A stretch of 64,000 nucleotides of DNA, taken from assembly GCF_037042905.1 (NCBI RefSeq), contig NC_087259.1, forward strand, positions 18,228,001-18,292,000, in the 5' to 3' direction. A model generated the notes under the pieces. That model had not been told where the DNA came from and did not search any database. It saw nothing but the letters and a program-made list of their open reading frames with translations. Source of the stretch: Lytechinus pictus (Eukaryota). Positions 51,339 to 61,989 of the stretch are shown one piece after another. A program made the position numbers and the translations under genes. Position 1 is the stretch's first letter, and each line of letters begins with the position of its first letter.

Positions 51339-54300
51339 CATATTTTTATACTGTATTTAGAAAATGAATTTGAGATGGATCTTTAAAAATTATAGAATTT
51401 TAATTGCTCTGTGTCAAACAATTACTACCGAATATACGTGCTCGATATCTTTGCCTCGGAAAATAAATCATCGTTCGTTTCGTTCTCGAACAAACAGGAA
51501 CAATACAATCTGAATAAAAAAAAAAATTAGAACTTTTGTATCTCACCTACTGTCAAATTCAGGAAAACCATTTTCCTGCAGGGGTGTTAATGGGTCCCCA
51601 TTTTCATCTCTAAAAAATGCAAACATACCTACATTGACGCCCTGTGCGAGGAAAAGGAAAGAGAAGGATTAGTTCATATTTCTTCAGCTCATGTAATATT
51701 TTACCTCTTGTGATGTAGACACTAGTGTGGCACCCGGATATTTTGATAAGGGGTGCAGCTCGACAACCTAAATGTGAAGTCACTTTTGTTTTTCACAGTT
51801 GAATTTAGGATAAATAAAGAGATAATGGCTCAGATTTCTCGTTTGTACACCGTTCTTCTTCTTTTTTTCGTCCGTTTGTCCCCTATTTTCTATTTGTTTT
51901 AACGCCTTGAACAATCATGTAATGCTCTATAAATCTATGATCTTTATGCATTTAACCTTGGAATGTTAATGTTTCAACTCTCTCAAGAAAAGAATTACCC
52001 ACCACTGTATCTTCCTTATTTAGAAGGAATTACGAGATTCACAGCTATCCTACTCGTCAAAGGCATTATTATCATCTTCCACGTATTCGTACAGCTTTTT
52101 CACATAATACAACTGTCACAGGTTCATGATTTTTAAATGATCTTCTCACCGATTTAAAAGATTCCAGTTGGCTATATATACTTTTAAACGTAAATTGGAA
52201 ACTTATATTTTAAACATATATAATTAATGGCAATTCCTCGGCTCCCGATTGTTACGCTTAACTATTGTCAGTCCACCTTCCTCTGTTTTTATTTCTTTTC
52301 TTCTTTATCTCTTTCTTTTTTGGCAATATTTTTTACTGTCTCTCTCTTTTTCCTTTTTGGGTAACAAATTGATATTAAAACAAGTTGAAAATTACTTCTA
52401 ATTTTATAAATAGGGAAAAAATTACAAGATCTGGCTTTTAAATAGTTGACCCTTCATATCGTCATCTTATTGATATATCTGTATCTAATCTGAACGTTCA
52501 ATTTTATAATCTATGTCTTATTCATAATTAAATATTGTGATGTATTATTTCATCATAAGTGATTTTACCGTCTTTTGATGGATGTAACATTGTATTTGAT
52601 ATTTTGTGAGATATAAAAAATAAACCAAACTGAAACTGAATAATAGGGGGCGGTCACACATCCCCTCATTAAGCAATAAAGCAACTGGTCACTAAGGTGG
52701 GGTTGGAAAGATTATTGATAGTCAATGTCTAGAATATACATGAGTTATGGAGGGAATCAAAGAGCTGAGTCCCCTTTAACAAAGTGATAATTATAATCAT
52801 TACTCTTGCTTAGACAGCGCTTAAGACTTACTTTTTCAGAAGTATCTAAGCGCTCTACAGTAATGCACAAAAACACATTGTGGGTAAATTTCTTGTTGAA
52901 GGAAAACGCGTCATGGCTTGAAATTGAATCCACGTCCCTCAGATTTAAAGACAAGCGTCATAACCACTAGTCGACCACGATGCCCCCACATAGTAGATTA
53001 AAGTAGATTGAATTTAAAAGCATTTATTTGAGCTTAGGAAGGCGAATAGTTATATGCGATTGAGAGAATAGTTTACGTTCAAAATTGTTTAATATCCTAT
53101 TATAATGGCAATTTATCCTAGATTTAATGACGTGATCACTAGGCTGGAAGGGAGAAAATAGAAACTGTGTTGCTTTTAGATCCACTTTCAAAATACGAAT
53201 AAAAACCTTAAGTATTTATTGTAGAATTTGTGATTAACAATATGTCAGTCGTGCGTTTCTTATTCGAAGATTCATAGATCCTGTCCCCCCCCCCTAAATT
53301 TTTGTTTATCTTATACATAACATGATTGACATTGTGCTGTGCAAATAAACAGTTTTGTCCGTTTTAAACTGGTGCCCCCGCACTCCAAAAGAATATAATG
53401 TATCTTTACTTTCATTCGATATACGCGTAAATGCTCGAGTTGCTGATGTGATCTTACAAACAAAATGTACAGTATGTAAGCATGTAAAAAATCAAATGTA
53501 CAACAGCTTTGGAAACTCTTGTCGTGCTGTGAAAAAAGGTCATTAGACAATTAATTTGATTAAATAAATCTAATCAATTAATAACAAAATTACCATAAAA
53601 ATATACTCTATTCATAAATATTTGGTGAGGGCAAAAACGCCTCTGCCAGGGATCGAACTCGAGACCCGGTGTCATAACCACTAGACGATACAGGTTAGCC
53701 TAGCTATCTGATCGCACGATTTGTCGGGTGGAGATGACATAGCAGCCATGCCTCAACGCTGGATCAAGCGAATGTTTACAGAAAAATAGTTATAGAAGTG
53801 TGAGGAATTACAAACAAGCCTGCAACGTACATCACATTTGCCAAAACTGTTGTACATTCAATTTCTCACACCATTTTTACTTACTATTGCGTGGTAGATT
53901 TCATGCTGAACAACTTGCTGAATTACTTCCGGTGCGTATTGTCTGAGAGAATCCGGGCAAATATTCATTGCCCCTGCAATTGGTCTTGGGGTTCAAAATA
54001 ATTCGAATCATTAGTCAAAATAAATATTGTGATCTTAAAAAAAGATCACGTTAGTATCTTGAAATGAAATTAAAAGACTGTTACACTGAAAACATGGATA
54101 GAATGATGGGAAAGGATTATATATTTTCATTTTTGGGCAAGAGTTTTGCCAGATATCTTTGAATGGACAGTATATATATTATGATCCTGTCATCTGCATA
54201 ATAGGGGTGAAAATTGAAGATATCGAATGCATAATTTTATGTATAGGCCAATATAAGCAATAGTCCCACCTATTGAATGTTAGATCAAGAAAGCATGGGC

Positions 54301-57300
54301 CGGCGAATGCAATAAGTCCTTCTGTACATGCATTTACAGAGGTGACATATAGCACGAAATGGACATCGTTAATTCCTCTCTCCTCTGGTCCTCCTGGTTC
54401 GGGCTCGCAGTCGTACTCGGTCCCATTTTCATCTCGTTGGCATTTCAGACATGGCTGGAAAAGAATGGATAGTCAACCCACAACAATCGTGACAAACGGC
54501 AACAAGAAAAAATGACAATTATTCAAATCTGCGCCTCGGAAAAGTTTAGTAGACAGAGGGCGCATAATAAATGTTGTGTTTTTATTAGTAGTATTATTTA
54601 TAATAGTAATGATAACTATAATAACAAAGATGATGATGGAGATGGCATGTCAGGCGCGGATCGAGTTGGAAAAAAGGGACTCATAATCATGATAGTAATG
54701 CACCTCCTTTTGAGGACCTTTTCTTTCTCCCTCTCTTTGCTTGTCAGAGAATTTCGTACGAATGAATGATAATGAATTGCTGTTTTTTTTTTTTTTACGG
54801 AATAGCAGAAATACATGTACTCAAAACGAGTATGATGATAATGAATATGCTGGGGTTTATAACTGGCAACTTAATGATTGAAGGCAGAATAGAGACTAAT
54901 AGTTGTGAAAAATAAATAGTGTTTTTCTTCTTTGGCAGAAGTTTTGCACTTTATTCATAAGTCAATAACAAATTAACATGTTCACATATAAATGAATATT
55001 GAGATAAATAATATAGTCAAAGACTGATAATCAAATTATACATAAAGCATGTGATACATTAAGTTCAATAAAATACAGGGGCTAGCTATTTTAAACACAA
55101 AGGTGCTTGAAATATTAGAAGCCATACTAGGAATGATGATTTCTTTAAAAAATATAAGATAATATTATTGTGTTCGTAATCCTCATATGCCTTTTTCTGT
55201 AGATGACACGGGGTAAGGAAATCAATTTGAACAATGACATGAATACCTACTTTTAAATGATGTTCAGGTAATGTCGCTAAACCGCAAGTGGGACTTCCAC
55301 ATGTGCAGTTAAACACTTCTCCATTGAAGATGTATGACCCGGTTTCACACGACCTGCCATTGGAAATGAGAAATCGATGTTATCATTCACAGTGATCAAC
55401 TTCAAGTTTTCATTTAGTAGTCGTTTCGTAGCCCTGTTATGGCTCATATGAACATAAAAAAACGGGTAGAAAACGACACTATTTTGTAAATTTATTATTT
55501 CTCCATCTAGACGTTAGTATGCATGAAACGGCTTAATCGACCCGTTTGGTCTATTTTTAGACAGATTTGCTGTTGGTTTGAAAAATGGTGTCTTGCGTTT
55601 GCTGAAGACGGGTACATAGCAACTGGTTAAAATATCGTCGTAAAATTATAATTCAAATAAGGTGGTCGATTTTAAAATCATTGAAATTCAGTTGAATCAT
55701 CAACTTAACATGCTCAATGTAAATATTTGGCGGCTAACGGAGTAATGATTTTACAAAAAAAAAACTGTTATGAAAACTTTAATTACATTTGATGGCGGTT
55801 AAACCATCTATATGCATGATATGAGACCGTTGACTAATAGGGCCTTCTTTCGCATATTTGTTAAACATACTTGGCTAAACATATGCCATTATTGAGATTG
55901 ATTTGTCACAAAAATGTATAGTAGGCGTATACATACACCGACAGATTAGTTATCTTGACCACTTTTTTTTAGAATGTTTAGTAGCAATTTCATTAATGAA
56001 TAAAGAACAAATGATAACAAGAAGGTTTGAAATGTTACCTGGGGAAAATGAAGCTTTTTAATCTTTCCTTCACCCTGAGTTGTCTTGATATCAATTCGAC
56101 TGTTTGCTGAGTAGTATTCTGGGATTTAATGAAGAATAGAGAGTCGATGTAGCTTGAGTTAGGATTATGAAATACCAATTTAAGAGAAAGACCACTCTCT
56201 AAAAAAACCTTAAACTAGTGAATAACTGACTCCTCGGAGTGGTTAATAAATTCAATTAGATCAAGGGTTACTTTAATTTGTTGTTGAGTGAATTTTTCCC
56301 TTTTTAAAGTGAAAGTTATGTGAAACATTGAAATGTAGGCCTGCACTTTAAATTCACTCTAACATGTCTTAACTGAGTGATCACTGACGTCACTACCAAT
56401 GTCATGAATGTGATACATGGCCGTTGGAAGTGGGGTTGCTGAGGGTGAAGCTGAAGTAAACCCAACTGCCAAGATTTGTCTAGGGGTACTTCGTATGTTA
56501 CACATCATAGGCATCAGCCCCTGGGAATCAGGTTGGTATATAGGCCTATGCTAAAACGTCTCAATTTGACCGAAATCACCTTAATTTTGGGAGCGATTTT
56601 TTCTTGTCATTTTTTCCAAACCAGCCCCCCCCCCCCTTTAGAAATCGTTCCTAGGCCCCTGAGGTGATAGGTCCTTTTCCAGTTCTGCCCAACTACGTCT
56701 GTGGAATTCTCTTCCAGTTTCTATTCGTTCTTTCCCTAATATCACATTGTTCAGATCCAAATTGAACACTAATTTATCTGATGAAAAAGCCTATTCATCA
56801 TAGCTCCAATTACAGTTACTTTGATCTTTTATTTTAGTTTATAATTAATAATTACTAAATGTATTTTGTTTGTACATTTTAAATCATCTACATTGTAAAA
56901 CGCTTTTATATTATTTTCACTTACAATGACGACATCTTTTTCTGTTGAGTTTAGGACTGACTCATCGTACCAGACTTCAAACGTCATTGGTTGGCCTGTG
57001 GTCCTCTCAGATCTCCTTTTGGTTTGTATGTTAATCCCTGGTTTCAGCTTTGTAGAAATTCAAAAATTAAGTGAAATATTGATCAGTGAATGATAATACT
57101 TTTCAGGGCTTCGACTGTAGCAATGATAATAACAATATGCATTAGCGCTTCTTAGACAATTATATACATTTTTAATTTTAATTATCTGCCTTTTTGCTTT
57201 TGTTTGTTAATTCATATTACAACATGCTTATAATTTAGTGTCATCAAAAATAAAAACAAAAATATCTGGGTGATTCCATTGAAAAAAAAAGTTCTTGTGT

Positions 57301-58663
57301 CCGTCATGAACAACACGTGCAAATCACTTTGAGAGATTTCCGTCCGCAATAAAAACTAACGCCCATGACACAAATTTCGAAAATCTAAAAGCTTTTAGGT
57401 ACTACGTAAGGATGATATCAATAATCCAAGCGCGAACCGCGAGCTGAAATTTTGTAAATACTTACCCGAAAATGGGCCATCTTCATTATTCTTGTCTGTT
57501 TTCACGGTTCTTTCCCTTTTATACCCTCTTGTAATTTTCAATCCTCATTTGTTTTGTATTTTCTCTAGGTGACTCTAGAAATGACTGGGCACACCCTGGA
57601 ATGTGTCACAAATGTCTTACTTTTCGAGCAATTTTTTTTTAGTCTTTTCAATGTGAAAATCTAATTTTGGAATAGATTAAGACAGTTTAACATATCAAAT
57701 TACCATTTTCCTTTTCTGTTTCTGAAACTTCTTTGGGGTGTACCCCCAATTCCCCCCATCTACACGCGAGTATTTGTTACAAATAAACTCCGCTGGTCTA
57801 TAAATCATCATTACCATCATCATCATCATTATCATCATTACCATCATCTCATCATCATTCTTCTTCTTCTACTCCCTCACTATCATCATGATCATACGTG
57901 TCATAAATTATGATTCAACATTATTACAATGTTCCACCCTAAATTGTGGGGGGGGGGTGAAAATACAGGCCACACCCACAACTGATATATTTGGGGATAT
58001 ATCCCCCCTCCCCAGATCGATACGAAAAAACAAAATTATACAAAAAATCAAACTTAAACAAAAAATCAAACTTAAACTGCTAGTCGATCATACCCACCCC
58101 CTCTCCTTCACTCTTCCTCTTGCTTAAGTCTTTTAGAAATTGCACAAAAATCCTACGAATATTGTATTTATTTTGGCTTCTCAAGTCGGTTCCTGGTTAT
58201 GTACATGTACACTCGTCATCCCCGACCATTTGCCATACAGCAAAAGGTAGGGGATGGGACTAGTGGTATGTGAGCCGTACTCATAGACAAAATTTGTTCT
58301 AAAAAATGTAAAAGTAAGAGAGTTTGACTTATAACCTCGTTCGTAGGATGAGTGGTTATGTAAGACTCCATTCCCTCCATGAAAATCAAAATAAAACAAT
58401 GTATCATGAATGTACAAAAAAACATTCCATTTTGCGCCGCGACGCCATTAGCGTGGTTAGCGTGTACAATGAAATGTCGGGTTTTTTTAAGTACATGATA
58501 CCGTGTAATGAAGAGTGAAAGTTAAAATCCTTACCATTTTCAGCTCAACTTTTGGAACTTTGCACTTAGCGCCATCGGGGTCCATAAACATTTCCTCTCC
58601 GCGAGTAAAGCCAAATAAAACCATCGCAGAGATCACGGTGACCAATAAACAAACCCTCATCAT
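28450..58663 (-). CDS. Leishmanolysin-like (M8) metalloprotease fused to an EGF/SEA stalk, TM helix and cytoplasmic tail (24-exon model, 1257 aa)
   Basis: Exons: 58663-58535, 57047-56925, 56118-56039, 55353-55251, 54454-54270, 53984-53885, 51641-51547, 50337-50223, 49737-49630, 48228-48041, 40242-40122, 39580-39491, 38872-38821, 37293-37180, 35843-35728, 35220-34983, 34404-34258, 33854-33717, 32904-32791, 32408-32292, 31807-31680, 30673-30469, 29912-29763, 29267-28450. All junctions are GT-AG with matching phases; total 3774 nt, open frame. Confidence 0.8.
29763..29912 (-). CDS. Exon 23: calcium-binding EGF
   Basis: [34 protein letters not shown]...GRLCE. Confidence 0.93.
30469..30673 (-). 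CDS. Exon 22: SEA domain 2, C-half
   Basis: [17 protein letters not shown], containing the GSVI motif. Confidence 0.88.
31680..31807 (-). CDS. Exon 21: SEA domain 2, N-half
   Basis: [36 protein letters not shown]. Confidence 0.88.
32292..32408 (-). CDS. Exon 20: EB/EGF-like Cys module
   Basis: [36 protein letters not shown]. Confidence 0.85.
32791..32904 (-). CDS. Exon 19: EGF (fibropellin/Notch-type)
   Basis: [37 protein letters not shown]. Confidence 0.93.
33120..33575 (-). mobile_element. L1/Tx1-type LINE 3' fragment
   Basis: CCHC-type motif CTFC...[11 protein letters not shown] at the ORF2 C-terminus, followed by AATAAA and an A-rich tail on the minus strand. Confidence 0.7.
33717..33854 (-). 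CDS. Exon 18: calcium-binding EGF
   Basis: [34 protein letters not shown]...DGRICD. Confidence 0.93.
34258..34404 (-). CDS. Exon 17: calcium-binding EGF
   Basis: [36 protein letters not shown]...PGTLCI. Confidence 0.93.
34983..35220 (-). CDS. Exon 16: SEA-like domain 1, C-half
   Basis: [22 protein letters not shown]...[11 protein letters not shown]. Confidence 0.82.
35728..35843 (-). CDS. Exon 15: SEA-like domain 1, N-half
   Basis: [19 protein letters not shown]..., which parallels exon 21 (shared INGSP). Confidence 0.82.
35945..36215. repeat. Degenerate (ACT/ACC)n microsatellite
   Basis: ACTACTACT runs. Confidence 0.85.
37180..37293 (-). CDS. Exon 14: EGF
   Basis: [37 protein letters not shown]. 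Confidence 0.92.
37445..37603. mobile_element. Academ-like palindromic MITE (159 bp)
   Basis: TAGTCTAGATCTGGACGTTAGTAGT...ACTACTAACGTCCAGATCTAGACTA; near-complete hairpin; 9-bp TSD ATTGCCACT/ATTACCACT. Confidence 0.78.
37623..37685 (-). pseudogene. Truncated tandem duplicate of EGF exon 14
   Basis: [21 protein letters not shown]; 37622-37814 duplicates about 37230-37444. Confidence 0.75.
37966..38262. mobile_element. Harbinger-like MITE
   Basis: GGCTCGTATTCTGAA...TTCAGAATATGGGCC, 3-bp ATT duplication. Confidence 0.7.
38821..38872 (-). CDS. Exon 13: junction between M8 domain and EGF stalk
   Basis: cag|[17 protein letters not shown]|gttagt; enters in phase 0 and exits in phase 1. Confidence 0.7.
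38900..39225 (+). mobile_element. LINE (L2/CR1 group) 3' end
   Basis: G.RAF....P..WN.LP-like remnant, GCGCC...GGCGC stem and (TAT)n tail. Confidence 0.6.
39491..39580 (-). CDS. Exon 12: M8 domain
   Basis: [30 protein letters not shown], matching the QYFD...GG....DYCP region of LMLN. Confidence 0.88.
40122..40242 (-). CDS. Exon 11: M8 domain
   Basis: [36 protein letters not shown]. Confidence 0.88.
40585..40856. mobile_element. MITE with ~55-bp inverted arms
   Basis: TCAGTTGCCATGGTGTCATGGCGG.CTGGTTCTAAACA is inverted at about 40789-40830. Confidence 0.75.
41309..46679. mobile_element. Outer TIR element (CCGGGGG...CCCCGGG) split by the 41476-46293 insertion
   Basis: GCACTT.CATT..GACGAGTGGATACCATGCGCGACCA is inverted at about 46638-46679; TSD CCTTTATT (41301-41308, 46680-46687). 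Confidence 0.82.
41476..46293. mobile_element. CMC/EnSpm-like non-autonomous element (CCCAG...CTGGG) with long CCCATATGGG arrays
   Basis: 2-bp AC duplication; ~118-bp tandem array at about 41560-43200; further arrays at 45140-45410 and 45870-46280; a second CCCAGATAGCAAA left end at 45125. Confidence 0.75.
47448..47576. mobile_element. Harbinger-like MITE
   Basis: GGTCCCGTAACACAAAG...CTTTGTGTTACAGACC with CWG flanks. Confidence 0.65.
48041..48228 (-). CDS. Exon 10: M8 domain with Met-turn
   Basis: TESMAPQ...[43 protein letters not shown]. Confidence 0.95.
48644..49232. mobile_element. Kolobok-like MITE
   Basis: TTAA|AGGACAAGTCCACCC...GGGTGGACTTGACCT|TTAA. Confidence 0.85.
49410..49566. mobile_element. 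Harbinger-like MITE
   Basis: GGGAGCGTTTCAT...ATGAAACGGTCCC. Confidence 0.65.
49630..49737 (-). CDS. Exon 9: M8 domain, third Zn-ligand His
   Basis: [36 protein letters not shown]. Confidence 0.95.
50223..50337 (-). CDS. Exon 8: M8 domain
   Basis: [37 protein letters not shown]. Confidence 0.92.
50570..51184. mobile_element. Kolobok-like MITE (same family as 48644-49232, opposite orientation)
   Basis: TTAA|AGGTCAAGTCCACCC...GGATGGACTTGTCCT|TTAT. Confidence 0.82.
51547..51641 (-). CDS. Exon 7: M8 domain
   Basis: [30 protein letters not shown]. Confidence 0.92.
51940..52640 (+). mobile_element. LINE 3' end (Crack/Daphne-like)
   Basis: Degenerate ORF2 C-terminus, pyrimidine-rich UTR, AATAAA plus (AAACTG)n tail. 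Confidence 0.5.
53636..53695 (-). mobile_element. tRNA-derived SINE head fragment
   Basis: Minus strand shows A-box-like TCTAGTGGTTA and B-box GAGTTCGATCCC; not a complete cloverleaf. Related remnant at about 52915-52985. Confidence 0.5.
53885..53984 (-). CDS. Exon 6: M8 catalytic HExxH exon
   Basis: [34 protein letters not shown](G). Confidence 0.95.
54270..54454 (-). CDS. Exon 5: M8 domain
   Basis: [36 protein letters not shown]. Confidence 0.92.
55251..55353 (-). CDS. Exon 4: M8 domain
   Basis: SCETG...[19 protein letters not shown]. Confidence 0.9.
56039..56118 (-). CDS. Exon 3: M8 N-terminal region
   Basis: [27 protein letters not shown]; splice phases fit. Confidence 0.8.
56925..57047 (-). 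CDS. Exon 2: propeptide end / mature start
   Basis: ...[23 protein letters not shown]; basic processing site. Confidence 0.8.
58535..58663 (-). CDS. Exon 1: signal peptide and propeptide
   Basis: [26 protein letters not shown]...AKCKVP|gtaagg. Confidence 0.78.
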
Positions 58664-59499
58664 GATAAATAAATGACTAAAACGACGAATATCAACGAAA
58701 GATATCCTGGGTTTATTTGAGGAATGTGGTTTCTGTTAAGGGATACTGTCCTTGTATACAAAAGGATAAAAACTTTAATCGCTCTATCCCTATGGTGGTG
58801 AAAACAAGGTTTGTTATAGGACGACTCCTTTTTACACGCTTAAGTGAGCTATCTATGAACAAAGCTATGAAAGTACTGACGACTGATTATATTCGGTCAA
58901 AAACCGTAAACGGGCGATTCCATGCGTGCAGCATGGGATATTCCGACAATTTATTGTCTCTCAGGTGAATGCATGAGCAATCAAATGTTCCTTTTCTTTC
59001 TTCTTTTTCGTCAATGACAAAGCTAGAGTGAGTAGTAGTGTGAAAAAAATGATAACCAGCTAAAAATGTCTGATTTTATGGATGAATAAAGGTGAAAATG
59101 CTGTGTATCGTACAGGAATCCTGGACGACACGCAACATTTTCACCTCTAATTCACCCATGGACAACACATTTTTGTTGATTGTCACTTTTTTAAATGGCT
59201 ACCCAATACAGTAGTACTTAATTATTACCACCACGAAACAAAGTGAATTTCCTTGGTTTTTTTGTTTTACAGTAGCTTAACAAATGTGAAAATGGCGGAT
59301 TTTTCTAAGCATGGAATCGCCCTGAAAATCTGAAAGAAAATGTTAAGACCCCTTGAACAATAAAAAAAACTTGCTGTATGAGGCATACGTTCATTCACCC
59401 GTATAACATCTTATGCACCTTATACAACCCTTATGGCTTCTTCTCTCAGCTCCCTGATAATCATGATGATAAAGGAAGCATAAATATCCAGCGAAGTAT

Positions 59500-59989
59500 A
59501 TTTTGAAGTTTCGCTTAATTTCACAAAACAGTTATATGCAGATCCTGGTCAGTATGCAAATGAGGAGACTGATGACGTCATCCACTCACTATTTCTTTTG
59601 TATTTTATTATATTAAATATGAAATATTCTAATGTTCTCCTCATTGTCAAGTGAAACAACGATTAATTCCTCCTGAACATGTAGAATTAGCATTGTTTAA
59701 TACTATATGGTTCAGTCAAGTTGGTCCTTATAGTCAGATCTGTAAAAAATTAAATATTGTATAATTCAAACAATAAAAAAAAAGAAATAGTGAGTGAGTG
59801 ACATCATCGACTCTCTCATTTGCATGTCACTGAGTTGTGCATATCACTGTTTTGTGAATAATACGCGAAACTTTAAAATGCCATATCTTTCTTATTTTAC
59901 ATCCGATTTTGATGAAATTTTCAGCATTATGCTAGCTTGATTTTTCTGTACTTATTCAAATCAACATTTTTCTGGGGTGGACTTGACCT
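59500..59989. mobile_element. Truncated Kolobok-like MITE
   Basis: Same family as 48644-49232; only the right end ...GGGTGGACTTGACCT|TTAA is retained. Confidence 0.78.
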
Positions 59990-59993
59990 TTAA

Positions 59994-61809
59994 GGACGTT
60001 CCACAGTTAAAATGAAGTCCATGTCATTTTCACCAAATTTACAGAGAGTTACTTTGGTATCTATGCATTATGGATATGCAAAAAATAACATAGGTTCATG
60101 TGCAAATTTTTTTTCTACGGATCTTCAAATTCGCCGTATTTGAATGATATGCAATTTTGCGCAATCAAGGGAATTGTGCCTCTCTTAGAACTCACGAATT
60201 CACCAAATGAGTTTAAATCATATACTCAGTGAATACCGCATCAAAATTCATCAAATTTTCAAGATAATAACAAAGTGTTTACCAAAGTAAGAGAAAGTCT
60301 TTTAATTTGTAAAACTATATCTATTTGGAGTCAGAAGCGCCCTCATTTGGCAAGAATTGTGCAAAAACTCGGAAAAAACTAATTTTCAAAGACGTGAATC
60401 TACAAAAAAATTTAAAAAGTATTTTGTAAGCTGCACTTTTTCTCAAAATCCATGTCATTTTCATCATATTCGGCTAAATTGTAGAGGAATGCATATCAAA
60501 GGCGTAGGGAAGTTAAAAATATGGGGTCCATGTGCTCGTTTTTTAACTATGAGTGTCCAAAGTGATGCGAGTTGGCATGAAAATCGCCCAAACTGCGCCC
60601 AAAACGTGCAAAAGTCTAATAATGCCGTCTAAAATGCGAATGGTTCCGTAGTTTTGCCCCTTAACGTTCAAAATCCATGTCATTTTCATCATACTCTCCA
60701 GATTTGTAGAAGAATATATTCTGAAGACATTAAAATATTAAAAACATGGGGTCCATGTGCTCGTTTTCAAATTATCAGTGTCCAAAGTATTGCGAGTTTG
60801 CTTGAAACAGCCCAAAATGCGCCGAAAACAAGCAAAAGTCTGCTAATACCGTCTAAAATGCCAGTGGTTCCGTAGTCCTGCTCATAAATATTGAAAATCC
60901 ATGTCGTTTTCATTATACTTTCCACATAAATACTTAAGCACATGAATATTCAAAATATGCAAAAATTTACATGCGTCCATGTGCTTAATTTTTTGCTATG
61001 GAGCTTAAAAGTTAACCCAAAATGGATGAGATGTTCTCAAAAATTGCGCATCCAAAAGAATTCGGCATTTTTAGACCTCACGAGATCACAACATTGAGTT
61101 TAAAGCCCTATTACTCAGTCAAAATCCATGAAAGTTTCATTAAATTTTGAAATATGATTAATAATTATATCCGCAAGATGGATAATCTATGCATATTGCT
61201 GTCAATTGTTTGCTCATTTAAGTCTAATAACACTCTCAGTTCTTAGAAATTGGGGGAAAGATGCTCAACCTCAAAAATTTCAAATTTCAATAACAAACTT
61301 ATTGAGAAGTAAAATAAATGCTGCATTCTGTTCAAAACCCATGTCATTTTCACCAAACTTTACAAAGTTGTAGAGGAAGGTATATCTAAGAGGTTCAAAC
61401 TTTAAAAAATATGGGTTCATGTGCTTGTTTTCAAACTATCAGCAAATTAGAGCAAATATGCTTCTTAAAACACCCGAAAACGCGCCAAAAGCAGTATCTA
61501 TGTGAGGAAAAATTCCGAACCACTTTTCCATTTATTCATACTCGGGGTCATATTCATCATACTTTGCAGCACTACAGAGAAACTATTTTGAAATTGTAAA
61601 GGAATAAAAAAATGGTCCATGGAATAATTCCAGGTTATTAACTTGTTAAAATAACACATCAGATCTTCGGTTAGTAAAGATAAGGAGAAAAAAATCAGTT
61701 CACATTACCTACAGCTGATTAAATCACAAGTTCGTCTATTGTGACGTCGCGCGCAGAGTGTAAAATATGCGCAGATCATGATGCGCATGAACATAACTGT
61801 AGAACGTCC
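59994..61809. mobile_element. 1.8-kb TTAA-targeting (Kolobok-like) non-autonomous element
   Basis: TTAA|GGACGTTCCACAGTTA...TAACTGTAGAACGTCC|TTCA; internal ~220-bp diverged repeats marked by AAAATCCATGTCATTTTCA. Confidence 0.72.
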
Positions 61810-61989
61810 TTCATATATATATATCAGCCACCGTGACCTAGGTAGTCCCTAATCTGTCATCGTAATATTTTTTTTCAGAAGGTAGATGTGCAAAAGGCCC
61901 TCAAATCCGTGCATACTGTGGGAGAAAGGATCAGATGATAAGATCTTGGAGCTCGTCATGTCTACATACTGCGGGAGAGATGATCACCA

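Noticed and set aside
53636-53695. Possible tRNA gene
   Set aside because: Only A/B-box remnants with no full cloverleaf; better explained as a SINE head.
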